A stretch of 63,726 nt of DNA, the filler included, from Reticulomyxa filosa (lineage: Eukaryota; Protista; Foraminifera), in the NCBI GenBank assembly GCA_000512085.1. It is 20 parts of 20 records of this genome, joined end to end, with 100 filler letters (N's around TTAATTAATTAA, not from the genome) between each part and the next. Parts side by side here need not be neighbours in the genome. Positions count along the whole stretch, not along the records: positions 24,079 to 29,253 come from ASPP01000963.1; positions 29,354 to 30,443 come from ASPP01015987.1; positions 30,544 to 31,676 come from ASPP01031240.1; positions 31,777 to 37,629 come from ASPP01025205.1; 16 more parts are not named here. One strand, 5' to 3'. This document shows positions 24,644 to 37,729 of this stretch, piece by piece. Position 1 is the stretch's first letter, and every line of letters starts with the position of its first letter. A program made the translations under genes and the position numbers. The notes under the pieces are model-generated. The model was not told where the DNA came from and ran no database searches. It saw nothing but the letters and a program-made list of their open reading frames with translations.

Positions 24644-26086
24644 TATTGTATTTAAAAACTCACTTGCACGTGTCAAGTCAATGCAACCCAAAAAAAGAAA
24701 AAAAAAACTACGTCCGGTCAAGTTTGCAAATTTTCTTTTTTTCCCCTTCTCTCAAAATCGTCAACAAAAAACGTCATTATAAAAAATTTGATCTGTTTAT
24801 TGTTTACATTTATGTAAAGATACAAATTAGAAAACGTACGTGTCTTCGAATATTGAAGCAGATGGACTGAAGCTTGGAAATACGCAATATTAGCTCACCT
24901 TTTTTTTTATTGCGTTTCTTACCAGTGGGAAAGACCACGTGCTGGAGTTCGGAAATACGAATTTTTTATTTTTTCATTGTTGCAACATTTAAAAATAATA
25001 ATTCGCCATACGCAATATCATTTCAAAACATTTTTAACAGCAATGCGACAAAAATGATGGAAAGTGAAAGGAAATCCAGAAGAGAATTCCCAAAATTTCC
25101 TTGGGATATAATGATCGCTAGTAGAATATTTACCACTGTATTTTGTTTTTCTTTCGAACAAAAAGATTACAACATCCACCAAGATGAAAAAAAAGGTTGT
25201 GATAGCTTGAAATGCTTTAAAGAAAAATCTTCTAAAAAAAAAGCGAATAATGTACTGGCAATTGTGTCAGACTCTTCACATTTTTTTTGAGTTTGATTGA
25301 GATGTATTTAGATGCAAATTTTGTCACATTGATGTTTACATCGGAAATTTGAAATGTATTATGCACACCAAAAAAAGATATTGAATGAAAAAAAGGCTTC
25401 GTTTTTGATGGTTTGGACGGTTAGGAAAAAAATGTGATTTGTGATATACTTAAAGATAATTTATTATTTATTTTTTACAAATAGGTACATGTACTAATTA
25501 TTTAAAAACTTGTATAGACAGCGTGAAGGATATAAGTCATTGAAAAAACTGCAATTGTGCATCTCCAAGTTGTTTTGATGGGAACCTTGTAAGGAATACC
25601 ACATTTCATACAAAGAGCTCCGTATTCTTTCTGTGGATAAACCACAGCAGTAAGGATAGTAATTCATTTTGCACAAATATTTGTTTTTTTTCTTTATAAC
25701 TGTTTCGACTTGAGACAATTGCGTTTGTAGTGCTGAGTGTGAACGAGTTTTTGTTCAGCGTGGTTTGCTGGACTACCACTGAAGAAGTGATACATTATTT
25801 TGGGGAGATTGAGGTTAAGATTGCTCTATTACTTGATTTACTTCTTTTTGAATTTGTTCAGCTTGCTGTGATATCGCATTTCAATATAAAAAAAACTTTT
25901 CCTGACACCCACAAACAAAAAAAAATGCTAAAACTGAGTATGTTTATTATTGACCGCAGAAAAAATTATTTTAAGACTTTTTTCTTGTTGTCAAAAGACT
26001 GACGTAGGAGATTTCGCTTTGCAAGGTGTTGAGGTTGGGGTTTTTTTTTTTGCACTTTGTTTGCATCATAACTTTAACGAAAAGAC

Positions 26087-26443
26087 ATGTCACAAGACAG
26101 CAAGAAAGCAGTGATTAAAATCGCAGACATGTCCACAGAAATGCAAGTGGACGCAGTTGCCTATGCTACCACAGTTGATAGATACTTTGCTTCAGCTCTT
26201 TTGGGTACGAGCGCAAAGTTATTTGACCGATATTTATGTGTTTTATCAAAATAGGCTTTGGAAAAGTTCACCATAGAAAAAGACGTTGCGTCACATATTA
26301 AAAAAGAATTTGATAAGAAGCACGGCCCGACGTGGCATTGCATCGTAGGAAGAAATTTTGGTAGCTATGTTACTCATGAAACGAAACATTTTATCTACTT
26401 TTACATTGACCAAATTGCTGTCTTATTGTTCAAATCAGGATAG
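26087..26443 (+). CDS. DYNLL: Dynein light chain LC8
   Basis: Exons 26087-26173 and 26255-26443: [18 protein letters not shown]...[50 protein letters not shown]...LLFKSG*. Confidence 0.98.
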
Positions 26444-27156
26444 TCATGATTTCACAAAATTCTTTTTTTCTTAAGGAAAGGGGGGCAAGTGGGATGAGGG
26501 AAAAAGAAAACTTTGGATAAAAAAGAATTTTTTTAGTTTTGTGGTGGTTCGTTGTGTTTGTTTGATGGTGTCAAGTTGCAAACGATCAACCAACGTCTCT
26601 TGCTTTATTTCTGTTTGTCTCTTTTTGTTTTTCCTTGCTCCCTCTCCTTCATATTTTTTGTGTATGCTGGCAAAGGTTCTTTATTAACTGGTGTTGTTTC
26701 ATAGAGTGTGATCATATGTCCCATTTTTGGAAAAAGTTTTTTCCCAGCTGAAGAAAAGTATTTTCAAATATTAAAATAGAAAAGTTTTCATAAAATATGT
26801 TATTTATTTCTGGGTAGTAGACAATATCCCTGCTAAGCCTTAGTAACTTTCGTTCTCCACAGCCCTAGTTTTTTGAAAATTAAAGGTGAGGTTCATAGTT
26901 AAAAATACTAAGAATTGTTGCTCAAAGAAAAAATTTCATATCAAATGCAAATTTATTTTCAAGTTGAAAATAGTTTTGATAAAGCCGTTTTTACCCAACA
27001 ACAACCAAAAAAAATATAAAAGAAACGGTTTCTTTATATGTGAGATTGTTTCACAATAGAGCTTTTTTCCTTGTTTCAATTCCCAAAGTCTTGCGACAAG
27101 ACAATATTTATTCCTCGAGGAAAAATTCATTTGACTACGAAAAAAAACGCCCCTCC

Positions 27157-29190
27157 CTATTGTGACAACAACTCAGTAATGACTTGGTTGCAATCACCTT
27201 TCTTGTTGACCAGCAAGTACTTAATTTTTTCAATATCTTTAAAACCCATATTCATGATACTAATCACTTCCTTTGTATACTGAAATGGTTCTCGACCATC
27301 CGGTTTGGTTTGAGTTGGTTCCGCATCATCTTGCGTTATAGCATTTTTCTCAGCACCTTCTTTTGGTCCTTGTTGCGCATTCTCTTTCTTGTCCTTATCT
27401 TTTTCGTCGACTGGATCACGTTGAGGTTGTTGGACTTCTGGTTTCTGGGGCTGTTGTTGTTCTTCTTGTTCACTCTCGTCAAACGAGTTCATTTGAAATC
27501 GCACACAATTTAAGCACAAATCATATCCTCCTGGATGATCCCTCGTTTTTTCGGCAGGGCAATGATAAATGCTGCCACTGCTCGGGCAACGACATCCACA
27601 TATGTCACATGAAACACGAACATTAGGATAATATACTGCAAGCGGAGTTGTTTGGATCAAAGGCGCACCACACATGCAAGATATGACCCCTTCTTTTTGC
27701 AAAATTTCATCATCATTGCTCAATTGATCTTTTTCATTTCCATGGAAAGAGAGTTTCGTATCAATTTTTTTCATTTTTTTAGCTAATTTTTCTTTGCGAC
27801 ATTGCAACTTGGCCTGTTGCTTGAGTTCGCGCTTGAATTGTTTTCGTTTTTCTTTTTCAATTTGTTCTTGTTCCTTTGTTTTTTCTTTGTCTTTCTCTTT
27901 TCCGTTTTCTTCTTCTTCCTTTGGATCGGAGCCACCCACAGCATGGAAATCAACCCAGATGCGAGGTCCAAATTTAATTCCTTTTTTCTGCAATCGGAAA
28001 TAAGCGCAAAATCTGCCACTGACAGCGGGCGATCGAATCATAGCTGACACCTTTACAATCTCTTGAGGTTTTGCATTTGGAACAGAAAACTCCTTTTCCA
28101 ATGGCAACGACTCATTTCCTTTCAAAAAGACTAACTTCACATCGTCCCCCCATTCTGCTGTTCCAGTATTTTTGATTTCCCACGTTTTTTGTAATATTGT
28201 TTCCACGGGAAAATAGCTTCCATCAGGGACATTGCCATGTTTCACAAACTCGGCCATTGGTCGGTCCTTCTTTTTTTTGCAATCGCCTGAAGTCTGCTTC
28301 TTGGACACCTCATCCAAGCGATGATCCTTTTCCCAAGCTTGTTTCATATGCTTCGCAAAGCGCATCCATTTCACGCGACAGCCGCGTCGACGGCATCGTT
28401 TTGGTTTTTCGTCTTCTTCCACGCCTGCATCGTCCGTCTCATCTTCGTCCTCGTCATGACCATGCTCATGCTCGTGTTCTTCCTCCCCGTGTTGATGATG
28501 GCAAAACGTAGGTCCCTGTGAAGGGTGCCATTGGGAATAGGGGTTGGGATGAGCGTGGGGATGAGGATGAGGATGGGGTTCTCCCCATCCAAACTCTGCA
28601 AATTGCACACCACGAGCGGAGCGAGCATGAGGACCGAACCACTCCGACAACATGTGGAAATAATTGGTACACCACTCTTGAACGCCGGTTAAGTCGTTTG
28701 ACTCTCGTGGTTGTAACGATTCCATTGATCGATTCATTTTTATCAAGGGGTGTGATGGGTTATGTTTGCCAAACGACTCGCAGTTGCCACACAAGTCAAA
28801 ATCGGAGCATACGCAACATTTGTAACGAGTTCCCCGAATCGGGCAAACATTGCACTGGTCACATTGCACACCCTTGTGGATTGTTTCTTCCTTTTCGCCA
28901 CATTCTTGAAGCCCCTGATAATGTATATGTATACATGCATATCTTAAAAATTGTATATAAAATGGTGTGTATGGAGTACGTACATAAGAGATGAGGGAAA
29001 AAAAATGCATATAATAAACAAAACATGGGCATTCATAAAAGAAAACCACATCGGCAAAAAGTAATGACATAAGTTGGGACTCATTTGATCCCACACGTCG
29101 TCTCCGTCATCGTCTTGTTCATTTGCCAATGCAGTGGTGATGACATTGATGAGATCAGGGACCCACGATCCAGCTGATTCTTCGCCTTTT
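27157..29190 (-). CDS. NBR1-like selective-autophagy receptor (ZZ - FW/NBR1 Ig - Cys finger - UBA), 5' truncated
   Basis: ZZ: HKGVQCDQC..PIRGTRYKCCVCSDFDLC..C...H..SHPLIKM. FW: EFVKHGNVPDGS...KTWEIKNTGTAEW...FRLQ..KFGPRIWVD. UBA: IMNMGFKD...LL..KGD.NQVITELL. The first about 60 aa of the ORF-track translation is largely intron or out-of-frame sequence. Confidence 0.9.
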
Positions 29191-29216
29191 TTTAAAAATT
29201 TTTTTATTAGTTGATT

Positions 29217-29253
<37 letters not shown>

Positions 29254-29413
29254 NNNNNNNNNNNNNNNNNNNNNNNNNNNNNNNNNNNNNNNNNNNNTTA
29301 ATTAATTAANNNNNNNNNNNNNNNNNNNNNNNNNNNNNNNNNNNNNNNNNNNNTTTTTTTTAGTAATAAAAAAAAAAGGGGGTTTTATTTTGAAATTTCT
29401 CAACACAAAATAG

Positions 29414-30404
29414 TCAGCCTGTTCCTCCCAAAGCCCCTCGAAAACGAAGAATGCTACAGGAATCTCATCCTTTAGAACTAAAACTCGATGAAACCAAAGA
29501 AGAAAGCGATTCGAAAAATTTGGAAACCACTTCTCCAATTCCTTTCATATACCAATGGCATCAGGGAGCAGCCCAAGATTATTATTGGTCTGGAATTGAA
29601 CCTGTTGCGGATGACAACACGCTGTTTCGCTTGTTTATTTACTTATTTTTTTTAAATTTTTTTATTTGTTGATTGTATTACAGATGTGACAAGAAAATGA
29701 TAAACAAATAAATAAAACCGGGTCAATGCAACAAATGAAACAACTTGGAAAACAGGGAGGCGGATGAAATGTATTCCGGCATGCTACCGCTAAACGAGTC
29801 CACACTCCAAAACATGGACTATCTGATAACGCACAACGTGCCGTCCGAAAACAACAATGCGGACAGGAAGACAGCAGACGCGAACGATGGACCGGTTAGT
29901 CAATCTCATGAAGTGGCGAGTGGGAACAACATTCTTGCCCCGCCTTTGCAGCCCAAAGAAAAAAGCGTTTCGTTCCATCCCTCCTTATGGAGACATGAGT
30001 CTACTGAAGACGGCAGTGGTCCCACGTCTGTCCGTGAGACATTGCCTTCGATCTCAGCAGTTGCGCAAACAAATACATTACGTATACTCACAATTTTTAT
30101 GTGCTATACATTATCACAAAAAAAAAAAAAAAAAAAAAAAAAGAGGGAAAAAGGAGGAGCGAATCGTTATGAATCCACTGGCTCTTTGTTGGGCGAAGAG
30201 GATGTGCAAAACTCATGGTTCTCCCCTTCGTACTCCTACAAGAAGCGAGAAAGCTCGACAGGCCATCATGATGCAACAGCGCCAACAAATGTGGTTCAAC
30301 CTCCCAATTCGAGCACCACTGGCGGAGTCGCAAGCAGTGAGGACCGGAACAACTCAGAGTCTTTGCACGAAGCAAAGAGTGACATGGACAAGGGATCTGT
30401 GAAC

Positions 30405-30443
<39 letters not shown>
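29414..30443 (+). CDS. Hypothetical low-complexity protein fragment ending in poly-Asn (AAT)n
   Basis: Multi-exon open frames; an (AAT)n tract at 30405-30443 runs into the spacer. Confidence 0.45.
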
Positions 30444-30543
30444 NNNNNNNNNNNNNNNNNNNNNNNNNNNNNNNNNNNNNNNNNNNNTTAATTAATTAAN
30501 NNNNNNNNNNNNNNNNNNNNNNNNNNNNNNNNNNNNNNNNNNN

Positions 30544-31676
30544 GACGATGATGATGATGACGATGATGATGATGATGATGATGATGACGACGACTATGAT
30601 GATAACTTTGATGACGACACCACCGACAAAGACAGCGATTATGAAAACAAAGAGTTCCAAGAAATGCCAAAAGCATTGCGACTGAAAATCGAAAAAAAGT
30701 TTCCACTGTTGTCCAGTGAGATTGTCAACTGTCAAATCGTAGAGCTGTTGGACACCCTGCTGCAAACCGACAAGCCCTATCTGGCCAAAGTCTTTGACTT
30801 CATTGTCAACTGCGATGTCCCTATCGACGCACAACGAACCAACTATTGGCGCTCGTGTATCATCGCTTTGGTTCGACGCAACCCCACTCTCGTGTTCAAC
30901 TACATGCAAAGCCAAGGCGATTTAATCTTAAAAAAGCTAGTCATGCATGTTCGAGACCAGGCAATTATGGAATTGGTTATTGCTATTGGTACATATACAT
31001 ATACAATACATATATGTATATATATATATATATGTATAAAAATATAAATGTACATACTTATGTACATTTATATTTATATTTTTGTATTTGTTTGATTGAT
31101 GAAAGGGTGGAACCCAAGCATTGAGGACTTGCATGGGTTGGACAAGGTAAGCGAATGGATGTGCGAACACGACATGGTGAATAAACTGATCGACTTGCTG
31201 CAGCCCACGCAGGATAGCGACGCGCACAGTGCGTCAAGCTACCTTTTGGTGGACATAGTCGAAAAAGCAGAAACCACTTCGCGTTTGCTGTTTCAAGTGC
31301 TGGCGGGTCCTCTTTGTGTGAAGCGATTGCTGGCCGAGTGCATTTTGCAGACTCAAGTGGACAACAGCGACCATGACCCGCAGCACTTGCGCAATCGTCG
31401 CTCCGCTGTGTTGGAGAGTCTGTCCGTGCTGTTGGCATTGCTGAACCACTATCCCAATGTCAAGTCTCACCACGCATCTCCGCCCAAACACTGGGCAATG
31501 TCGTCTCAACAAACGGCCACTCGTTTCAATAAAAAGCAGATTGGTGTTCAAGAGCCCGAGGATTCTGATATGGTCACTACTGCAACTTCAGTCGATCCTG
31601 TTGTGTTATTTTCCGACAAAAAAGAGGAAAAGCACGACGATAATGATGTTGGTGGTGGTGATGATGATGATGATGA
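30544..31676 (+). CDS. PP6/Sit4 regulatory subunit (SAPS domain), internal fragment
   Basis: KFPLLSSEIVNC, LVMHVRDQAIMELVI and WMCEHDMVNKLIDLLQP...AHSASSYLLVDIV match the SAPS consensus (KYPxxxxEIL, HI..SAIMDLL, WL....LI..L...L.P). One intron at about 30989-31105. Confidence 0.85.
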
Positions 31677-32207
31677 NNNNNNNNNNNNNNNNNNNNNNNN
31701 NNNNNNNNNNNNNNNNNNNNTTAATTAATTAANNNNNNNNNNNNNNNNNNNNNNNNNNNNNNNNNNNNNNNNNNNNAATGTGCAAATATGTACACATGTG
31801 ATGATGCAAAAAAAGAATTATGCGGTGAAGATTATGCAGAACATGTGCATTGTTGTTTTCATTTTTATTTTTTTGTTTTTTGTCGCTTTCATTTTTTTTT
31901 GTTTGATCATCTATGATTTGATATCTTAATTTTTTGTGGTTTATTTTAAATTGAATATTTAATTGAATTTGTGCATTTCAATATTCTGCAACAGTTTCAA
32001 ATTTTGAAAATGTGTATAGTTTGTTCATATCGATATTAATTTACAATATGCATTTTTTTTGTATATGTTAGATTTGAGTTGATGTTTCATAAGTTTTTGA
32101 ATAAAATGAAGTAGCAACGGATGATATTTTCTTTTTGACCATTGATTAAGTGGCTTCTTTTGAAAAAAGGAAGCACGACGTTAGTTTGTTAGTTGTCATG
32201 GCAATAA

Positions 32208-32417
32208 TTAGTCCGGCCAAGTGAGTTCATCCTTGAAAAGGTACTTCAACTGGCCATACCCGAGATGCCCATCGGGCATGATCAAGATGTTGTCAGGATG
32301 AATGTTCCTATTGAATTCCACGTTTTTGAAGAAATTATATCCTTGTACCAATAGCAGCGTCTTCAGAAAAAGCGCCAGATTGGGTACCACGGGCGCATCA
32401 CACGAAAGATCGTGCAC
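32208..32417 (-). pseudogene. Protein-kinase-like relic
   Basis: NRNIHPDNILIMPDGHL resembles the catalytic loop HRDIKPDNILI..DG.L but has lost the catalytic Asp and Lys, and no DFG follows. Confidence 0.35.
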
Positions 32418-35400
32418 TGACGTTCAGGCTGTCAGGCCACATCAGTGGGATGAACAGCAGGGTAAACATGCAATTGAGTAAAATGTTAGTGAGTTGGCAA
32501 ATATCTCAACTTCTTAATGTGTATAATAGAAGAAAGATTATCAGCATGAAGGGAGATGAGGGAGAAAAAAGTTTGTCAGAATAACAATTGCGTGTATGTA
32601 TGGAAACATAAATTAGTGATATATGAATAAATAAATAAAAAGTTTATTAGTTTTGGGAAATAAAAATGGAAAGTTATTTTTTTTATATTTAATACGATGC
32701 TAATAAGTTAAACAAACACAGCGGAACGAGTCCTGAGAATAAAAAGTTTTTTTGATGTTGTAATCAATGATCTTTTGAAGTGCTGACGGCTATTGAATAT
32801 CCAATAAAAAGAAAATGACGAAAAAAAGTGTCATTGTGGTGGATGTTATGTTTTAGCACTTTGGCTGTGTGGACGGTACTGGTAACGACTAGAGCCATGA
32901 ACGCATGTCCGTCGAATGACCCTTGCATTGGGTGCAACCAAGTGCAAAACTGTTCGCAGAAGACTGTGTGTATGTGACGATAACAGCAAATGGACACAAT
33001 ATGGACGTACACAACGAGAAGTTGTTAGTGGAGAATGAACTAAAAGGGTTGACAAATGTGACCACACTCAAATATCACATAGTGTTCCACAACAACACAT
33101 TAGCTTATTCTTGCAACATGGGCACATTGCACGCTCGAATACAAACAAGTTATTTGAGTTTTCGCAAGGATTTATCCCGGCCACGCATTTTCGGAGGGCG
33201 TTAGTACTTCCCTCTATCCGCAAGTATACGTAAATCAAGATGATATGATTGCCATCTACGGATACAGATTGTTTACTGCCGGTGGGAAACATGTGCAAAT
33301 GATCTTCATGACCTTTGTCAAGACACTGATGCAGTATATTTTTGAACTTATTTAGAATAAATGCAACTGCACTTATTGCATTTGGGATGATAAATATAAA
33401 ACCCTTCTCGGTTATAATTTCATTCCACAAGAACTACTTGTCTGGATCGTCTTACCAGTTCCTTCTCTATTTTTGGTGGCACTGAGACCACATCAAACAT
33501 GTCACTGTCTCTTATAGTCGTTTGCTCCTTACTGGCACTTTTTTTTTTTAATTTTAAATTAGCTGTGGTCTTATATATCTGTCATGTTCTTGGTGATTCA
33601 TGATTTTTTTAATAGATTTATCTTTTTACATTTTTGTGTACATTGTTTGGAACATATCAACTAATTGTTCATTCTTTTTTCTCAATATTTGTTGATGTGA
33701 TTTAACTGATTGAAAAATAACTCATATTTCACTTTTTTGTTGTTTTTAAAAAGAAAAGGTTGTCTTTTTTTTCTAGTACCATTGCTTATCGCAAAAGTTT
33801 AGTGAGATAGAAAAACTAATGCATAAACGAACTTTCCACTTGGAGATGAAATGTTTTAGACTGCAGAATAGAAAATTGCAAGAAAGGATTGATTCAATCT
33901 TATTTGGATTTCTTATTTCACTTAACCGGCTCAGACTTTGATTCGAATAAAGAAAATTTCAAAAATTTAACCATATTGGGAAAAAAATAACAACAATTAA
34001 AATAACAACCTTTTGTATTACAGTGATCACACAATAAGACTAAACAAAAAACAAAACAATGAAGAACCAATATGTTCTTGTTGCAGCATATTTTATATCG
34101 TCGAAGGGACCGGACGAATAATATTGCACAATTTTGTATATTACGACAATGCCGTTTTTCAGTTCCACGTGGTTTGTATGCATGTCGAGTCCATAATAAG
34201 TGTATTGATTTGCTTCTATGGCGTAACGACAACACGCTTTGCGATTAGATTGAATTTCAACGATAATGATAATGATACAATCGAAAGCGTCTTTCAGCAG
34301 TCAATCCAATAAGTTGATGCATAACGACCCACAAGACTAGACAATGATATCAACGTTATGTCAAGTACCCATGATAAAATAGCAACGAAACAGAGCCAAT
34401 GGCAATGACAACCAATTGGAAGTTAGCCTTGCTCTATTCACATTTAATACAATGCTTTGATCATTGTATAATGTGTTGAGCTGTCGCTTTGTCTTCAGAT
34501 ATGAATAAAGGCAAAGGGAATGGTATTATTTCGACGCGGAATAGTTGATCGTATTCATATTTATAACGACAGAGCTGTTCGCGTATTTAGCAAAACGGAG
34601 TGGCTCTTGAAAACGCAGGTATACTACAATGACGAGATATGGCATTGACAGTGTGTGCATTGGAGAAAGACGCCTATTACTTTATTGATTTGGATATCGC
34701 CTTAGAAAGATCCACCAAATTTCTATTTGATTATGCGTGAATGATACTCTCAATATTGTAGATAAACCAATATTGTTTCCCGAACCAATCTCTTCATGTA
34801 TCTTTTGTATTGCTACTATTCGTTGTTGTTGATGCTATTTATCATGGAGGGTAGCTATATTATTATTTTCTGGATATCTTTTGCATGCTACATTTTCTTT
34901 GTTTTCTTTGTGACGCCTCTGCTCTCACCAAGACGTAGTATTTGCTTCAGCATGTCTTCTTCTTTACTTGAGGCTCCATTATCTCCACTTCTTGTAGACT
35001 TAGCATATTCTGGTTATTATAAAAACAAAAACAATAAACAAATTAATTCAAATTGTTTAAATAGAAAGACAATATTTTTTAACTCCAATCTTCTTTCAAG
35101 AGCATTCAAACCAATGAGGCTAATCATTTCCTTCTCTTGCTTGATGGACAATATACTACGATTAATATTTTCCACCAAATCAACACTGGGAATATTCGAT
35201 GCATCTTTGGTGTATCGATATGGTGGAGGAAGTCACAAATAGCATAATCATAAATACATGTAAAGGGAGACAACTGTATTTAGTTGATAATGCCTATTGT
35301 TGAATTGGGGTTAATTGAATGAAAATATTGATGTAACATTTCATTTGTGTTTTATTTCCATAAATATCATCTATACCGCTAATAGTCTTGGCGAAACACA

Positions 35401-37729
35401 CGTCAGCACCTTTCAGGGATTTATTGGCCGACCCTCTTCACTAACGTTATCTCCTTTCTTCTTTCGATAAATTTACACCTCTTGAACGCTCAATCGCCTC
35501 TTGTTATATTCTTGACATAGCCAATGTATCACTAATACTTTGGTATACACTTTTGCTTCTTTTTTTCCTCTTTCCTTAAATACTATTCTTCTTTTTGCTC
35601 TTGCTCTTTTTGTTTTCTTTTCTTTTTCATGTTCTTGTCCTTTTTCGTGTCTGGTTCTTGTTCTTTTGTTCTTTTTCTTTTTTTCTTCATATCCTTCTTC
35701 TTATTCTTATTCTTGTCTTTGTCTTGTTTTTCTTGTTCTTTTTCTTCTGTCTCTTCTTTCTCTTTCATTTCAATCTAAAGTAAATTATTCTAAAATGATG
35801 CCTACATTGTTTTAATTAAGACATACCATCACAACAAATTAAAATATGATAAAGACAATATATATCTTAAATAGAGTACACAGTCTCTGTTATCATTGTT
35901 GACATACTAAAAGAAATCCACAATTACGCCGCCTGTCAATTGATAAAGCGATCCCAATGTTATTGAGCACGATCCGGATTTTTGTTTTCTGGAAATTACC
36001 AAATGCGCTTGTATTCATAGGGCATGGCCAAATGGATAAGTATTACATGCCAGTTTGCCCATGATAAATTATTAATTTCTAACTATTTCACTTGGACGAA
36101 CTGTTTGCTTCAAATCTATATACATGAACAACACATTAATTGAAGATAATTGAAAAAAGAGGAAGGTAGCTACTTGTTCTAATTTGCTTCACTGGTGGCT
36201 ATGTTCTTTTTTTTTAAGACTTGTTTTTTTAAACAAACACAAATAAAAAAATAATACTTAACTGGTTTAATCCACAAACTGGATACCAAAAATCTTTTTT
36301 TAAAAAAATTCAATTATATATTTTTCATTTCTTATTCTTTTTTTTCATTTTTATTTCTTTCATTATTATTATTATTTTTTTTCTTTTTTTCCTACTTTCT
36401 TTATTTTTTTCCTTTTTTCTATTTTATTATCCTCTTTTTTTTTTCTAATTTATTATTCTATTTTTTGTTAATACATTTTTTTTATATTCCCACTTATTTT
36501 ATTTTTAACCCAATTATAGCATTTTTATTTCCCCCAAATCCCCTTCAAAAAACAAACACACGATCCAAATTTTTTGGTGACCTATATCTATATACACACA
36601 AACAAAGTTATATTTTATAATTTTTTAAAAACTAACAAAAAAATATATTTAACTGTGATATGTACAATGATTCAAATTTTCATTCTTTTTTCCTGTGGTG
36701 ATCACTTCACACTTTGTTTGTTAAATGAGGGAGGGACATACATGAATATATGTACATATATATTTTTTTTGAAGGGGGAATTCGTACTTCCTGTATATTC
36801 ACAAAAACAACCACATCATTTGATCAAAATATTTACAAGTATAAATATAAACATAATTATACTTTTTTTACTCCTTTCGGAGACGGGGTGGATTTCAACC
36901 CCGATTTTATTTTTCATTCTTTATTTTTTGTGTGTTGATAGAAGGACCTTTGAACATCTTTGCCAGACGGGGGAACCTATAGTACAAAACATACAACAGT
37001 TAAATATATATATGTATATAAGATAGTAAAACAAACCTGTTATTCTCCTTTCGGAGACGGGGGTGGTTTCTACCCCATTTTCTTTTTTTTCTCAACAACA
37101 TGATATCCTATTTTGAACAAATACATATAATATGTATGTTAAGTTAGACTTATACAAAAAAAAGATCTTACATTATCAGTGCCAAAGTCTTGAAGCTCAC
37201 CGCTAACATTGTTTGCCACATTGGTGCGATTTGTTCTTTGAGGCCATCCAATTTGACAATCACTTGGCCACATTGTCCTCAATACGTACTCCTATCCACA
37301 AGTAATAACAAAAAAAAATGGATATTATTATACTAGCAATAAAAAAAAACAAAGTTAACTTTGCAATGTCACAAATACCGCTGACGTTTGGATAACAATT
37401 TGGAAGTGTTTGTTTGTGTATCCACATTAATGTTATCATCGAGATGGATTTGTGCGATGTAGACACCAATATTTGGAGAATCAATGGCAATGTTTGAATG
37501 AGTAATGGTAATGATCGGAGGAGTAGTGGCAATGTTTGGAGGATGGCACGTTTTGAGTAGTAGTGGCACTGCATTGAGAAAATATCATTTGCATACAAGT
37601 CGACTTTGTCGATGTGTGCGGATATTGCGNNNNNNNNNNNNNNNNNNNNNNNNNNNNNNNNNNNNNNNNNNNNTTAATTAATTAANNNNNNNNNNNNNNN
37701 NNNNNNNNNNNNNNNNNNNNNNNNNNNNN

